Origin: an uncultured delta proteobacterium
Lineage (GTDB): Bacteria > Desulfobacterota > Binatia > UBA9968
Direction: 5' to 3'
Length of the DNA stretch: 64,000 nt
Assembly: GCA_963727625.1 (NCBI GenBank)
Contig: CAVSHR010000004.1
Location: forward strand, 192,001-256,000
The notes below the pieces were generated by a model. That model did no database searches, had not been told where the DNA came from, and worked only from the letters and a program-made list of their open reading frames with translations. Positions 27,984-36,006 of the stretch are shown here, in pieces. Made by a program: the position numbers and the translations under genes. The number at the start of each line of letters is the position of its first letter. The stretch's first letter is position 1.

Positions 27984-30293
27984 ATGATGAAACCCAAGCA
28001 AGGCTATACGACAGCGGGAACCAGCGCGCATCGAGTCGACGGCGTCGAGAAGGTCACCGGCAAAGCGGTCTACACCAGCGATCTGCAGTTTCCCGGCATG
28101 GCCCATGCGCGGATTCTGCGCAGTCCGGTGGCCCATGCCAAGCTCGTGAAGGTCGACGCGTCCAGAGCGAAGGAGTTGCCCGGCGTCATCGCCACGCTGA
28201 CGCGCGATAATATCCAGGGGTTCAACTACAAGTACGGCGCGACTTACAAAGATCAATCCATCGTCGCCGTCGATAAGGTTCGCTACGTCGGCGATCCGGT
28301 GGCGGCGGTTTTGGCGGACGATCCGGCGACAGCGGAGCAGGCGCTGGAACTGATCGAGGTCGAGTACGAGGAGCTGCCCAAGGTCACCAATATCGAGGAG
28401 GCGACGGCTTCCGGTGCAGCGCTGGTGCACGAAGCCGGGGTGGCTCGAGCGGAGTTGCGCGGTTCGGTATACGGCGCGCCGGAAAGATTTAACGGCACGA
28501 ATATTTGCTACTATTTAACCTTCGGCCGGAGCGATGTGGAAAAGGGCTTCGCCAAGGCGGATCATATATTCGAAGATACCTTTCGTTTTCAAAAGGTTCA
28601 GCACTATTCGCTGGAAGCACATAACAACGTCGCTTACTACGACGGGGACAAGCTTACCATGTGGGCCTCTTGCCAGGACCCGTTTACCTTGCGCGATCAT
28701 CTCTCCGGCATTTTTCGCTTGCCGCTCAGCCACATACGGGTCATTGTCCGCTACGTCGGCGGCGGTTACGGCGGCAAGCTTTACGTCAAGGCCGAACCGA
28801 TCTCGGCGGCGCTCACCTGGATGACGCGCAGACCGGTGAAGCTCCAGCTGTCGGTCAACGAAAGCTTCAAGACCGTGACCCGGCACCCGGCGCGCGTCAC
28901 GGTAAAAAGCGGGGTTACCAACGACGGCAAGCTGATCGCCCGCGAGTGCCAGGTTTACATGGACACCGGCGCCTACGCCGATGCCGGTCCACGGGTCACG
29001 CAGAAGGCGGCTTATCGATCCCTCGGTCCGTACAAAATTCCCTACGCCAAAGTCGAAGCGTACGGTGTTTACACCAATACCGTGCCGGCCGGGGCCTTCC
29101 GCGGTTTCGGCGCGCTGCAGGTCACTTGGGCCTACGAATCGCAGATGGACATGATCGCCGAGCGGCTGGGCCTCGATCCGCTGGAATTTCGCTTGAAGAA
29201 TTTGCTCAAGAAGGGCGATGTTTATACGACAGGCGACACGCCGGTGGACTGCGATCTCGAAGAGGGGCTTTTAAAAGTTGCCGACGCCATCCGCTGGAAG
29301 GAGAAAAGCGCCAAACCCAATCGCGCCAAGGGCATCAGCTGCTGCATCAAAGACGCCGGCGGCACTTACAAGGTAGCCGGTGCCACGGTCAAAATGTCAT
29401 CGGACGGCAGCGTGGTCTTGCTCACCGGAACCGTCGAAGTGGGCCAGGGAGCGCGGACCGCGTTGAGCCAGGTGGTGGCCGAAGAACTTTCCATGCCCAT
29501 GGAGCAAATCAGTGTCGCCCAGCTTGATACCGACGTGACGCCCTACGACATTTCCACCAGCGCCAGCAGCTCGATGGTTGTTATGGGTACGGCGGTGTTG
29601 CGCGCCGCCGAAGACGCCAAGAAGCAGTTGCTACAATGTGCCGCAAAGGTTCTCAAACAAAAAATAAGCAACCTCAGGTTGCACAACGGTCACGTCGTCG
29701 TGGGCGAAGGTCCGGCCCTTTCGTTCAGTAAAGTGATTGTTGACTTCTTTGGCAGCAAGGCCGGAGAAATCATTGGGAAAGGTCTCTACAAAGACAAGCG
29801 CAACGCCAAAGCGGTTTTGGGCTCGACGACAACCTTTTGGGAAGTGGGCTGGGGCGGAGTCGAAGTCGAAGTGGACCCGGAAACCGGCGTCATCCAACTG
29901 CTCAATTACGTTTCCGCCTGTGACGCGGGCAAGGCGATCAATCCCGAACAGTGCATCGGCCAGGATGAGGGCGCCGTCATGTTCGGTATCGGCCACACAC
30001 TGATGGAGGAAATGGTTTACGAAGATGGCCAGTTATTAAACGGCAATCTGGTCGACTACCGAGTGCCACGATTCGACGATCTACCCGCAGGGTTGCACAC
30101 GATCCTGATAGAAAACGGCAATGGCCCGGGGCCGTTCGGCTCGAAGGGAATCGGTGAAGGCGGGCTTTTGCCGGTGGCCTCGGCGGTAGCCAACGCGGTA
30201 TCACGAGCGGTCGGCGTACGCATCCAGGAACTGCCTTTGACGCCGCCCAAGGTCTGGCGTGCGCTCCAAACTAAAGCAGCTGGTAATGTTTAA
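27984..30293 (+). CDS. Xanthine dehydrogenase family molybdopterin-binding subunit (copy 2)
   Basis: RVDGVEKVTG, ILRSPVAHA, GGGYGGK, GAFRGFG, GQG, GSKGIGE. Confidence 0.92.
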   Translation: MMKPKQGYTTAGTSAHRVDGVEKVTGKAVYTSDLQFPGMAHARILRSPVAHAKLVKVDASRAKELPGVIATLTRDNIQGFNYKYGATYKDQSIVAVDKVRYVGDPVAAVLADDPATAEQALELIEVEYEELPKVTNIEEATASGAALVHEAGVARAELRGSVYGAPERFNGTNICYYLTFGRSDVEKGFAKADHIFEDTFRFQKVQHYSLEAHNNVAYYDGDKLTMWASCQDPFTLRDHLSGIFRLPLSHIRVIVRYVGGGYGGKLYVKAEPISAALTWMTRRPVKLQLSVNESFKTVTRHPARVTVKSGVTNDGKLIARECQVYMDTGAYADAGPRVTQKAAYRSLGPYKIPYAKVEAYGVYTNTVPAGAFRGFGALQVTWAYESQMDMIAERLGLDPLEFRLKNLLKKGDVYTTGDTPVDCDLEEGLLKVADAIRWKEKSAKPNRAKGISCCIKDAGGTYKVAGATVKMSSDGSVVLLTGTVEVGQGARTALSQVVAEELSMPMEQISVAQLDTDVTPYDISTSASSSMVVMGTAVLRAAEDAKKQLLQCAAKVLKQKISNLRLHNGHVVVGEGPALSFSKVIVDFFGSKAGEIIGKGLYKDKRNAKAVLGSTTTFWEVGWGGVEVEVDPETGVIQLLNYVSACDAGKAINPEQCIGQDEGAVMFGIGHTLMEEMVYEDGQLLNGNLVDYRVPRFDDLPAGLHTILIENGNGPGPFGSKGIGEGGLLPVASAVANAVSRAVGVRIQELPLTPPKVWRALQTKAAGNV

Positions 30294-30360
30294 CTTGAGA
30301 TTAACTAAAGTGCTGCTTTAGCATCTTGTCGGTCCGCTTTTTTCCCACATTTGATCGAAC

Positions 30361-30864
30361 TCATAGATCGAGAACCTCGCCGCAATTTTTGCAAGTGGCC
30401 AGAGCCGGATCGCTTTTGAGTGAGTCCGTGGCCTTCTTCACCGCATCTCCCGGATCGTCGAAGCGAACCTCAGTCTCATAAAGCCTGTTGCCGCATTTTT
30501 CGCATGGCCAGATGAATCGGTCGCTCTCGGCTTCGCTGCGCCTGCGTTCAACGACAAAAGTCCAAGACCCATTGGCGCGCCGCGGCGAGTGCGGCACGTG
30601 ACCCGGCATCAGAAACAAATCTCCCGACTTTAGGACAGCGAGATTCGGCTTACCGTCGTTTAAATAATGCAGGTTAAGCTCGCCTTCGAGCTGATAAAAA
30701 ATTTCATCGCCGGGATTGATGTGAAAATCCTTGCGCCGGTTGGGCCCGCGGGTGACGAAAGCGATGAAGTCCGAGTCCTGCCAAATGACCCGGCGCTGTC
30801 CCCAGTCGCCGCGGTTTTCATCGATCCATTTTTGCAGATTGAAGCCTTTTAAATGAGGAAACAT
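30361..30864 (-). CDS. nbaC: 3-hydroxyanthranilate 3,4-dioxygenase (complete copy)
   Basis: GPNRRKDFH, EIFYQLEG and VPHSP (His-Glu-His Fe ligands), VVERRR, rubredoxin-like CEKC and CKNC. Confidence 0.88.
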   Translation of the reverse strand: MFPHLKGFNLQKWIDENRGDWGQRRVIWQDSDFIAFVTRGPNRRKDFHINPGDEIFYQLEGELNLHYLNDGKPNLAVLKSGDLFLMPGHVPHSPRRANGSWTFVVERRRSEAESDRFIWPCEKCGNRLYETEVRFDDPGDAVKKATDSLKSDPALATCKNCGEVLDL

Positions 30865-30887
30865 AAAGCCTCCCTTACAGGATTATC

Positions 30888-30917
30888 ACTATAGAATTGC
30901 GCCGCGAGGGGAATCAA
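30888..30917 (-). promoter_or_regulatory. Putative sigma70 promoter of nbaC
   Basis: TTGATT-N18-TATAGT on the minus strand, conserved in both repeat copies. Confidence 0.55.
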
Positions 30918-30931
30918 GCTAAATCAGGCGA

Positions 30932-31096
30932 GTGCAATCCGTACAGAAAAAACGCGTGACGCTCGCTGTGGGGCGAGTCGGTGTAATTTCTGATACCCAC
31001 GGTCTGCTCCGGCCCGAAGCGCTTGCGGCATTGAAAGGCTCTGAGCTGATCATCCACGCGCAGGCGACATCGATAAGCCGGGAAGTGTTGGAGTCC
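30932..31096 (+). pseudogene. Truncated 5' copy of the metallophosphoesterase gene
   Basis: VGVISDTHGLLRPEAL..LIIHA matches 32819-33316; +2 and +1 insertions corrupt the HAGD motif; homology stops at EVLES. Confidence 0.85.
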
Positions 31097-31298
31097 GAGA
31101 CCGGGCTTTACTCATTACGGCGGCCGGTATTACGACGCCGAGACCGGGAGGTTTGTCTCCGCCGATCCCTTCGTCCAGACGATCTTCGATCCGCAAAACC
31201 TTAACCGCTACAGCTACGTCGTCAACAACCCCCAGAACTACATCGATCCGGACGGGTATTTCCAGGAGGAGGGGGGAGGGGTCAGGCCTGAGTATTGA
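31097..31298 (+). pseudogene. Rhs repeat-associated core fragment
   Basis: ETGLY/(+1 shift)HYGGRYYDAETGRFVSADPFVQTIFDPQNLNRYSYVVNNPQNYIDPDG is the canonical Rhs core end (PxxxxDPxG); it continues YFQEEGGGVRPEY* into the TIR. Confidence 0.88.
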
Positions 31299-32293
31299 TT
31301 TATTTGACATTGAGTCTTCTCCACTGATACGGTGCCGGCATGGCGCGAAAGCCCCGAGTCGAGTTTGACGGCGCCTTCTACCACGTCATCGTACGCGGTA
31401 ACCAGCGCCAGAGGACCTTTCACGACGAGCACGACCGCCAGAGCTACCTCCAACGCATCGAGTACTATCGCCAGCGCTACGGCTTTCGGCTCTATGCTTA
31501 CGTCTTGATGGCCAACCACGTCCACATCCTGATCCAGACCAAGCGCGTTGGACTGTCCAAGATCATGCAGGGGATCCAAGGAAGCTACACCCAGATATTC
31601 AACCGCCGCCACCGCAAGGTCGGCCACCTGTTTCAAGGCCGCTACAAGGCGATCCTCTGTGACCGCGACGCCTACCTGCTTGAACTGGTGCGCTATATCC
31701 ATCTCAATCCGGCTCGATTGAAAGTCCCCGAGAATCCGTGGCGCTATCGCTGGAGCAGCCACGGGGCGTATCTGGGCAAACCGGCTGCCGTCAAAGTCGA
31801 CACCGAAGCAACGCTTGGCCAGTTTGGCTCGACCCTGGGAGCCGCCCGGCGGGGGTACCAGAGGTTTATCGAAGACGGGTTCAAACAGGGGCATAACGAA
31901 AAGTACTATGAGACCATCGACCAGCGCTTTTTGGGTGAAGAGCGATTTTTAAGCAAGGTGGCAGAGCGTAGCGAAGCCAGAGAAGTTGAGATAAGGGGAA
32001 ATAAAGTGAGCTTTGCCCGGCTGCTCGAAGCGATTGCACAAGCCCACGATGTGAAAAGCGAGGTATTGCTGCACGTCGGGCGGCAGCGTCGATGGGTGGC
32101 CATGAGAGCGCAGCTGGTGTACCTGGCACGGCAACGGTGTGGACTGACGACGAAGGAACTAGGGCGGCGGCTGCATCGCGATGCGTCCATGATCAGCCGT
32201 CTCTATGCACGGTACGAGACGCATCGGGACGAGCCGACCGAGAAGAGACTCGCACGAATGTTGGCTAAATAGTCAATACTCAGGCCTGACACC
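31278..32293 (+). mobile_element. TIR-flanked HUH (RAYT-like) tyrosine transposase element
   Basis: Perfect 18-bp inverted repeats GTCAGGCCTGAGTATTGA (31281-31298 and 32273-32290) with outer GGGGTCAG / GGTGTCAG ends. Confidence 0.85.
31340..32272 (+). CDS. REP-associated-type (Y1/HUH) tyrosine transposase with C-terminal HTH
   Basis: YHVIVRGN, YVLMANHVH (HUH), GHLFQGRYKA, RYIHLNP (catalytic Tyr), YRWSS; C-terminal helix-turn-helix-like region. Confidence 0.92.
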   Translation: MARKPRVEFDGAFYHVIVRGNQRQRTFHDEHDRQSYLQRIEYYRQRYGFRLYAYVLMANHVHILIQTKRVGLSKIMQGIQGSYTQIFNRRHRKVGHLFQGRYKAILCDRDAYLLELVRYIHLNPARLKVPENPWRYRWSSHGAYLGKPAAVKVDTEATLGQFGSTLGAARRGYQRFIEDGFKQGHNEKYYETIDQRFLGEERFLSKVAERSEAREVEIRGNKVSFARLLEAIAQAHDVKSEVLLHVGRQRRWVAMRAQLVYLARQRCGLTTKELGRRLHRDASMISRLYARYETHRDEPTEKRLARMLAK

Positions 32294-32752
32294 AGATCCC
32301 TCGCTGAGCGACTCTGATGCCCTCTTCACGGCATCGCCCGGATCATCGAAGCGCAGCGCGGTTTCATAAAGCTTATTGCCGCACTTCTCACAGGGCCAGA
32401 TGAAGCGGTCCATTTCCGCCCTGCTGCGCTTGCGTTCAACGACGAAGGTCCAGGAACCGTCGGCGCGGCGGGGCGAATGCGGGACATGGCCCGGCATGAG
32501 GAATAAATCTCCCGCCTTAAGGACCGCAAGATCCGGTTTGCCGCCGATAAAATAATGCAAGTTGAGCTCGCCTTCGAGCTGATAAAAAATTTCGTCGCCG
32601 GGGTTGAGGTGAAAATCTTTGCGCCGGTTGGGCCCGCGGGTAACGAAGGCGATGAAATCGGAATCCTGCCAGATCACCCGGCGCTGCCCCCAGCTGCCGC
32701 GATTTTCATCGATCCAATTTTGCAAGTTAAAGCCTTTTAAATGTGGAAACAT
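32273..32752 (-). CDS. nbaC: 3-hydroxyanthranilate 3,4-dioxygenase copy 2, C-terminally truncated by the TIR (possible pseudogene)
   Basis: 18 differences from copy 1 over the first 149 aa (manual count); lacks the second CxxC; tail GVRPEY* is encoded by the TIR. Confidence 0.75.
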   Translation of the reverse strand: MFPHLKGFNLQNWIDENRGSWGQRRVIWQDSDFIAFVTRGPNRRKDFHLNPGDEIFYQLEGELNLHYFIGGKPDLAVLKAGDLFLMPGHVPHSPRRADGSWTFVVERKRSRAEMDRFIWPCEKCGNKLYETALRFDDPGDAVKRASESLSEGSGVRPEY

Positions 32753-32980
32753 AAGGCCTCCCTATCGTCGCCTCACTATAGAATTGCGCCGAGACGGGAA
32801 TCAAGCTAAATCAGGCGAGTGTTCACGGGCAAAAATCAACGTCTAAGCTTGAAGTCAGGGCATGTCGGTCTGATCTCCGATACCCATGGACTGGTGCGGC
32901 CGGAGGCCTGCGCCGCGCTGCAGGGCTCCGAGGTAATTCTTCACGCAGGCGATATCGGCAAACCGGAAGTTTTGATGTCG
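32306..32980. repeat. Diverged ~680-bp direct repeat, copy 2
   Basis: Colinear with 30418-31096. Confidence 0.9.
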
Positions 32981-33316
32981 CTCAAATCAATCGCGCCGGT
33001 GATCGCGATTCGTGGCAATAATGATCGGGACCCTTGGGCAAAAATCTTCCCCGACGTTTTGAATCTGCGGATCAATGGCGTCAAGATTCACGTTATCCAC
33101 GACCTCCATGATATGGAGACCGATCCACTCGCCGGCGGCTTTAAATTGGTCGTAAGCGGCCACTCGCACAAGCCGAACGTGATCAAAAGAGCGGGAGTTC
33201 TCTTCATCAACCCCGGCAGCGCCGGCCCGCGCCGGTTCAAATTGCCGGTGACGGTAGCCCGGTTAAAGATTGACAGCAAAAATCTTAAGGCAAGAATCGT
33301 CGAATTAAAGATTTAG
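32819..33316 (+). CDS. Metallophosphoesterase (YfcE/MJ0936 family)
   Basis: ISDTH, HAGD, RGNND, GHSH and NPGSAG calcineurin-like motifs. Confidence 0.9.
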   Translation: MFTGKNQRLSLKSGHVGLISDTHGLVRPEACAALQGSEVILHAGDIGKPEVLMSLKSIAPVIAIRGNNDRDPWAKIFPDVLNLRINGVKIHVIHDLHDMETDPLAGGFKLVVSGHSHKPNVIKRAGVLFINPGSAGPRRFKLPVTVARLKIDSKNLKARIVELKI

Positions 33317-33366
33317 GCGAACTTTATTGACTTTGATTGCGTCCCACGATAATTAATCAAGAGAAA

Positions 33367-33399
33367 CCTTTTAACCCGATCCTGTGAGATTGGAAAAGG
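33367..33399 (+). promoter_or_regulatory. PyrR-binding stem-loop (pyr attenuator)
   Basis: CCTTTT-AACCCGATCCTGTGAGATTGG-AAAAGG resembles the ARUCCNGNGAGGYU PyrR loop, directly upstream of a terminator and pyrR. Confidence 0.75.
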
Positions 33400-33437
33400 C
33401 TCCATGAAAAATCTAATTCGACAAATAATTTGTGCTC

Positions 33438-33473
33438 AAAGACCCTCTCGGTAGGCCGGGAGGGTCTTTTTTT
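33438..33473 (+). terminator. Leader (attenuator) terminator upstream of pyrR
   Basis: AAAGACCCTCTCGG-TAGG-CCGGGAGGGTCTTT followed by a T-tract. Confidence 0.85.
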
Positions 33474-33477
33474 ATCC

Positions 33478-34035
33478 ATGGTGGACGAAAAACAAATCGT
33501 ATTGGAGCAATCTGAACTGGGCCGGGCGATCGGCCGGATGGCGCATGAGATCATTGAAAAGTGTGTTGATCCGGACCAACTGGCGTTGATCGGCATTCGC
33601 TCGCGGGGCGTTCATCTGGCACGACGGCTGGCGCGGCGCATCGGCGAGCTGGGTAAACCGATGCCGCCGGTAGGCGTCATCGACGTGACACCGTTTCGCG
33701 ACGATCGGGCGCAGGGCGAAACCGCCGCTCCAGCTACCGGCGTCGAGATCTCGACGCCGGTGGATGAAAAGACCGTGGTCTTGATCGACGACGTGATCTA
33801 TCGAGGCCGTACCGTTCGCGCCGCAATGGAGGCAATCGAACGATTGGGCCAGCCCAAGCGGATTTGCGTCGCCGTGTTGATCGACCGCGGCGCCCGGGAG
33901 CTGCCGATCCGCGCTGATATCGTCGGCAAGAATCTCGACGCCGGCGACGGCTATCGGGTGAACGTGCGTTTACAAGAAGTGGACGGCATCGATCAAGTAA
34001 CGTTGTCGAATTGGCAAGGGCAAAGCGGAAGTTAA
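33478..34035 (+). CDS. pyrR: Pyrimidine operon regulator / uracil phosphoribosyltransferase PyrR
   Basis: RAIGRMAHEI, GIRSRG, DVTPFRDD, VVLIDDVIYRGRT, LIDRGARELPIRAD. Confidence 0.92.
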   Translation: MVDEKQIVLEQSELGRAIGRMAHEIIEKCVDPDQLALIGIRSRGVHLARRLARRIGELGKPMPPVGVIDVTPFRDDRAQGETAAPATGVEISTPVDEKTVVLIDDVIYRGRTVRAAMEAIERLGQPKRICVAVLIDRGARELPIRADIVGKNLDAGDGYRVNVRLQEVDGIDQVTLSNWQGQSGS

Positions 34036-34052
34036 ATCGAGAATCTAAAGCG

Positions 34053-36002
34053 ATGCGCAGTCTTATTTCCATCGCCGATTTGACCAACGACGAAATTGAA
34101 GAAATTTTTTCGTTGGCGGACAACGCCGATCAATTGCGCGCGGCCAAGGCCGCCAGCGGGCAGATCATGGCGACACTTTTTTACGAGCCGAGCACGCGGA
34201 CCCGCTTATCTTTCGAGTCGGCGATGCAACGCTTGGGCGGTTCCGTGATCAGCTGTTCGGATATGAAAGCTTCGTCCACCGCCAAGGGTGAAACGGTTGC
34301 GGATACCGCGAAGGTGGTTTCAAGTTACGCCGATGTTTTGGTGGTGCGCCACAACTGGGACGGCGCGGTCCAGGCGATGGCTGAACATGCCGACGTGCCG
34401 GTGATCAACGCCGGGGATGGCGGCCATGAGCATCCGACACAGACTTTGTGCGATCTGTATACCTTGCGCAAGGAAAAAGGCGCGCTTAAAGGACTCACCG
34501 TGGTGGTATGCGGTGATCTCAAAAACGGCCGGACGATCCATTCGCTGGTGTTTGCCCTAGCGCGCTTCGGCGCCAACGTGGTTGCGTTAGCGGCTAACGG
34601 TATGGCGTTGCCGCAGTATGTCATCGAACGATTGGAGCGGGAGTATGACTACTCTCTGGCGCCGATGGCATCGGACGATCTGAGTGCCGTGGTGACGGAG
34701 ACCGACGCGCTTTATCTGACGCCCAAACAGCCGCACCAGCTCGCGCTTTTTACTCAGGTGGATCAGGTGATTCAGTCGCGCTTAAATAGCATAGCTAGCG
34801 GCTTGCGCTACGACGCCTTTTACATGACTCGCAAGCAAAAGGAGCGCATGAAGGAGGGCACCACCGACAGCAGTTACCCGACCATCGGCGCGAAATTTCT
34901 GCGCGAGCAGCGTTTTCAAGACACCGTGGTGATGCATCCGCTGCCGCGAGTCGACGAGCTTTCGCCGGAAGTTGATAAAGACCGGCGCGGCATCTATTTC
35001 AAGCAGGCCGCCTACGGCGTGCCGGTGCGCATGGCCTTGCTCAAGTTTCTCTTCGATCGGCGTGAGGAGAGACCGAGCGTTAAAAATAGCCGTGCCACCT
35101 CGTACGAAAGCCCGGATCCGATCGGCCCGTTATGCCGCAATCCGAATTGTGTGACGCTCAAGGAGCCGGCGTCGAGCGCCGAGCGCTTCGAGATCCTCAC
35201 GCTCGGCCAAGCCGATGCGTTGATTTTGGCCTGCGCTTATTGCGATCATCGCTTTAAAATCCAGATTGCCGGCAACGCCAAGTTAAAGCGCTACGGGGCT
35301 TTCGATGCCGCTCTGGCGCCGGCCCTCGGTGAATGGCTCAAAGACGGCGAGTTGGCGCTGTTCGACTCGATCAAGAAAGCCGAAGAGTTGGGTTACGAGC
35401 CTTTCAAAAGCGGGCCGCAACGGGTACTGATGGGCGGCGGCGAGATTCAAAGCGCTTTGGCGGAAATGAGCGGGCAGATCTTGCGCGATTGCCGCGACCC
35501 GGATCGTTTGCTGATTCTCGGCGTGCGCAGCGTCGGCTCCTATTTAGCGCAGCGCCTCGCCGCGGAAATTGAGAAGCGGGACCAGCGCAAGCCGGAATTG
35601 GCCGAAATCGAGATCTACGGCTCGGGAGATGGAATCCGTAGACTATCGCCGAGCGATCCGGAAGCGCCGGCGCTGAATTTGAAAGACCGCGAGATCATTC
35701 TCGTCGACGACGTTATCTATACCGGTCGAACGGTCAAGAGCGCGCTGAACATTATTTTTCGCCTCGGACGGCCCCATTCGGTGCGGCTCGCGGTGTTGAT
35801 TGACCGCGGCCACCGCGAAGTGCCGGTGAAGCCCAATTATGTCGGTAAACATATTCCCAGCGCCGAGCAGGATCGCGTGCGCGTCAAGTTGCGTGAGATC
35901 GATCCTGAAAAGAGCGATCAAGCGGTCATCTATTCGATCATCAAGCCGGGCGAAGAATCGCACCGGCTGGCGCGCAAACCGGATCTGAGTGCGACCAAGT
36001 AG
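34053..36002 (+). CDS. pyrB: Aspartate carbamoyltransferase fused to a PyrI-type Zn domain and a PyrR-like PRT domain
   Basis: [50 protein letters not shown]; then [13 protein letters not shown]; then [25 protein letters not shown]; one uninterrupted frame. Confidence 0.9.
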   Translation: MRSLISIADLTNDEIEEIFSLADNADQLRAAKAASGQIMATLFYEPSTRTRLSFESAMQRLGGSVISCSDMKASSTAKGETVADTAKVVSSYADVLVVRHNWDGAVQAMAEHADVPVINAGDGGHEHPTQTLCDLYTLRKEKGALKGLTVVVCGDLKNGRTIHSLVFALARFGANVVALAANGMALPQYVIERLEREYDYSLAPMASDDLSAVVTETDALYLTPKQPHQLALFTQVDQVIQSRLNSIASGLRYDAFYMTRKQKERMKEGTTDSSYPTIGAKFLREQRFQDTVVMHPLPRVDELSPEVDKDRRGIYFKQAAYGVPVRMALLKFLFDRREERPSVKNSRATSYESPDPIGPLCRNPNCVTLKEPASSAERFEILTLGQADALILACAYCDHRFKIQIAGNAKLKRYGAFDAALAPALGEWLKDGELALFDSIKKAEELGYEPFKSGPQRVLMGGGEIQSALAEMSGQILRDCRDPDRLLILGVRSVGSYLAQRLAAEIEKRDQRKPELAEIEIYGSGDGIRRLSPSDPEAPALNLKDREIILVDDVIYTGRTVKSALNIIFRLGRPHSVRLAVLIDRGHREVPVKPNYVGKHIPSAEQDRVRVKLREIDPEKSDQAVIYSIIKPGEESHRLARKPDLSATK

Positions 36003-36006
36003 AGCT

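Larger units (their letters stand above)
30418..31096. repeat. Diverged ~680-bp direct repeat, copy 1 (nbaC 5' part, promoter, phosphoesterase 5' part)
   Basis: Colinear with 32306-32980 (offset 1888 at the nbaC start codons). Confidence 0.9.

Noticed and set aside
30932-31204. 90-aa phosphoesterase-Rhs fusion ORF as a functional chimeric protein
   Set aside because: The HAGD motif is corrupted and the Rhs part frameshifts after a few codons; treated as debris
33327-33357. Sigma70 promoter for the pyr leader (TTGACT..GATAAT)
   Set aside because: Spacing is 15 bp; a promoter is likely here but I cannot define it
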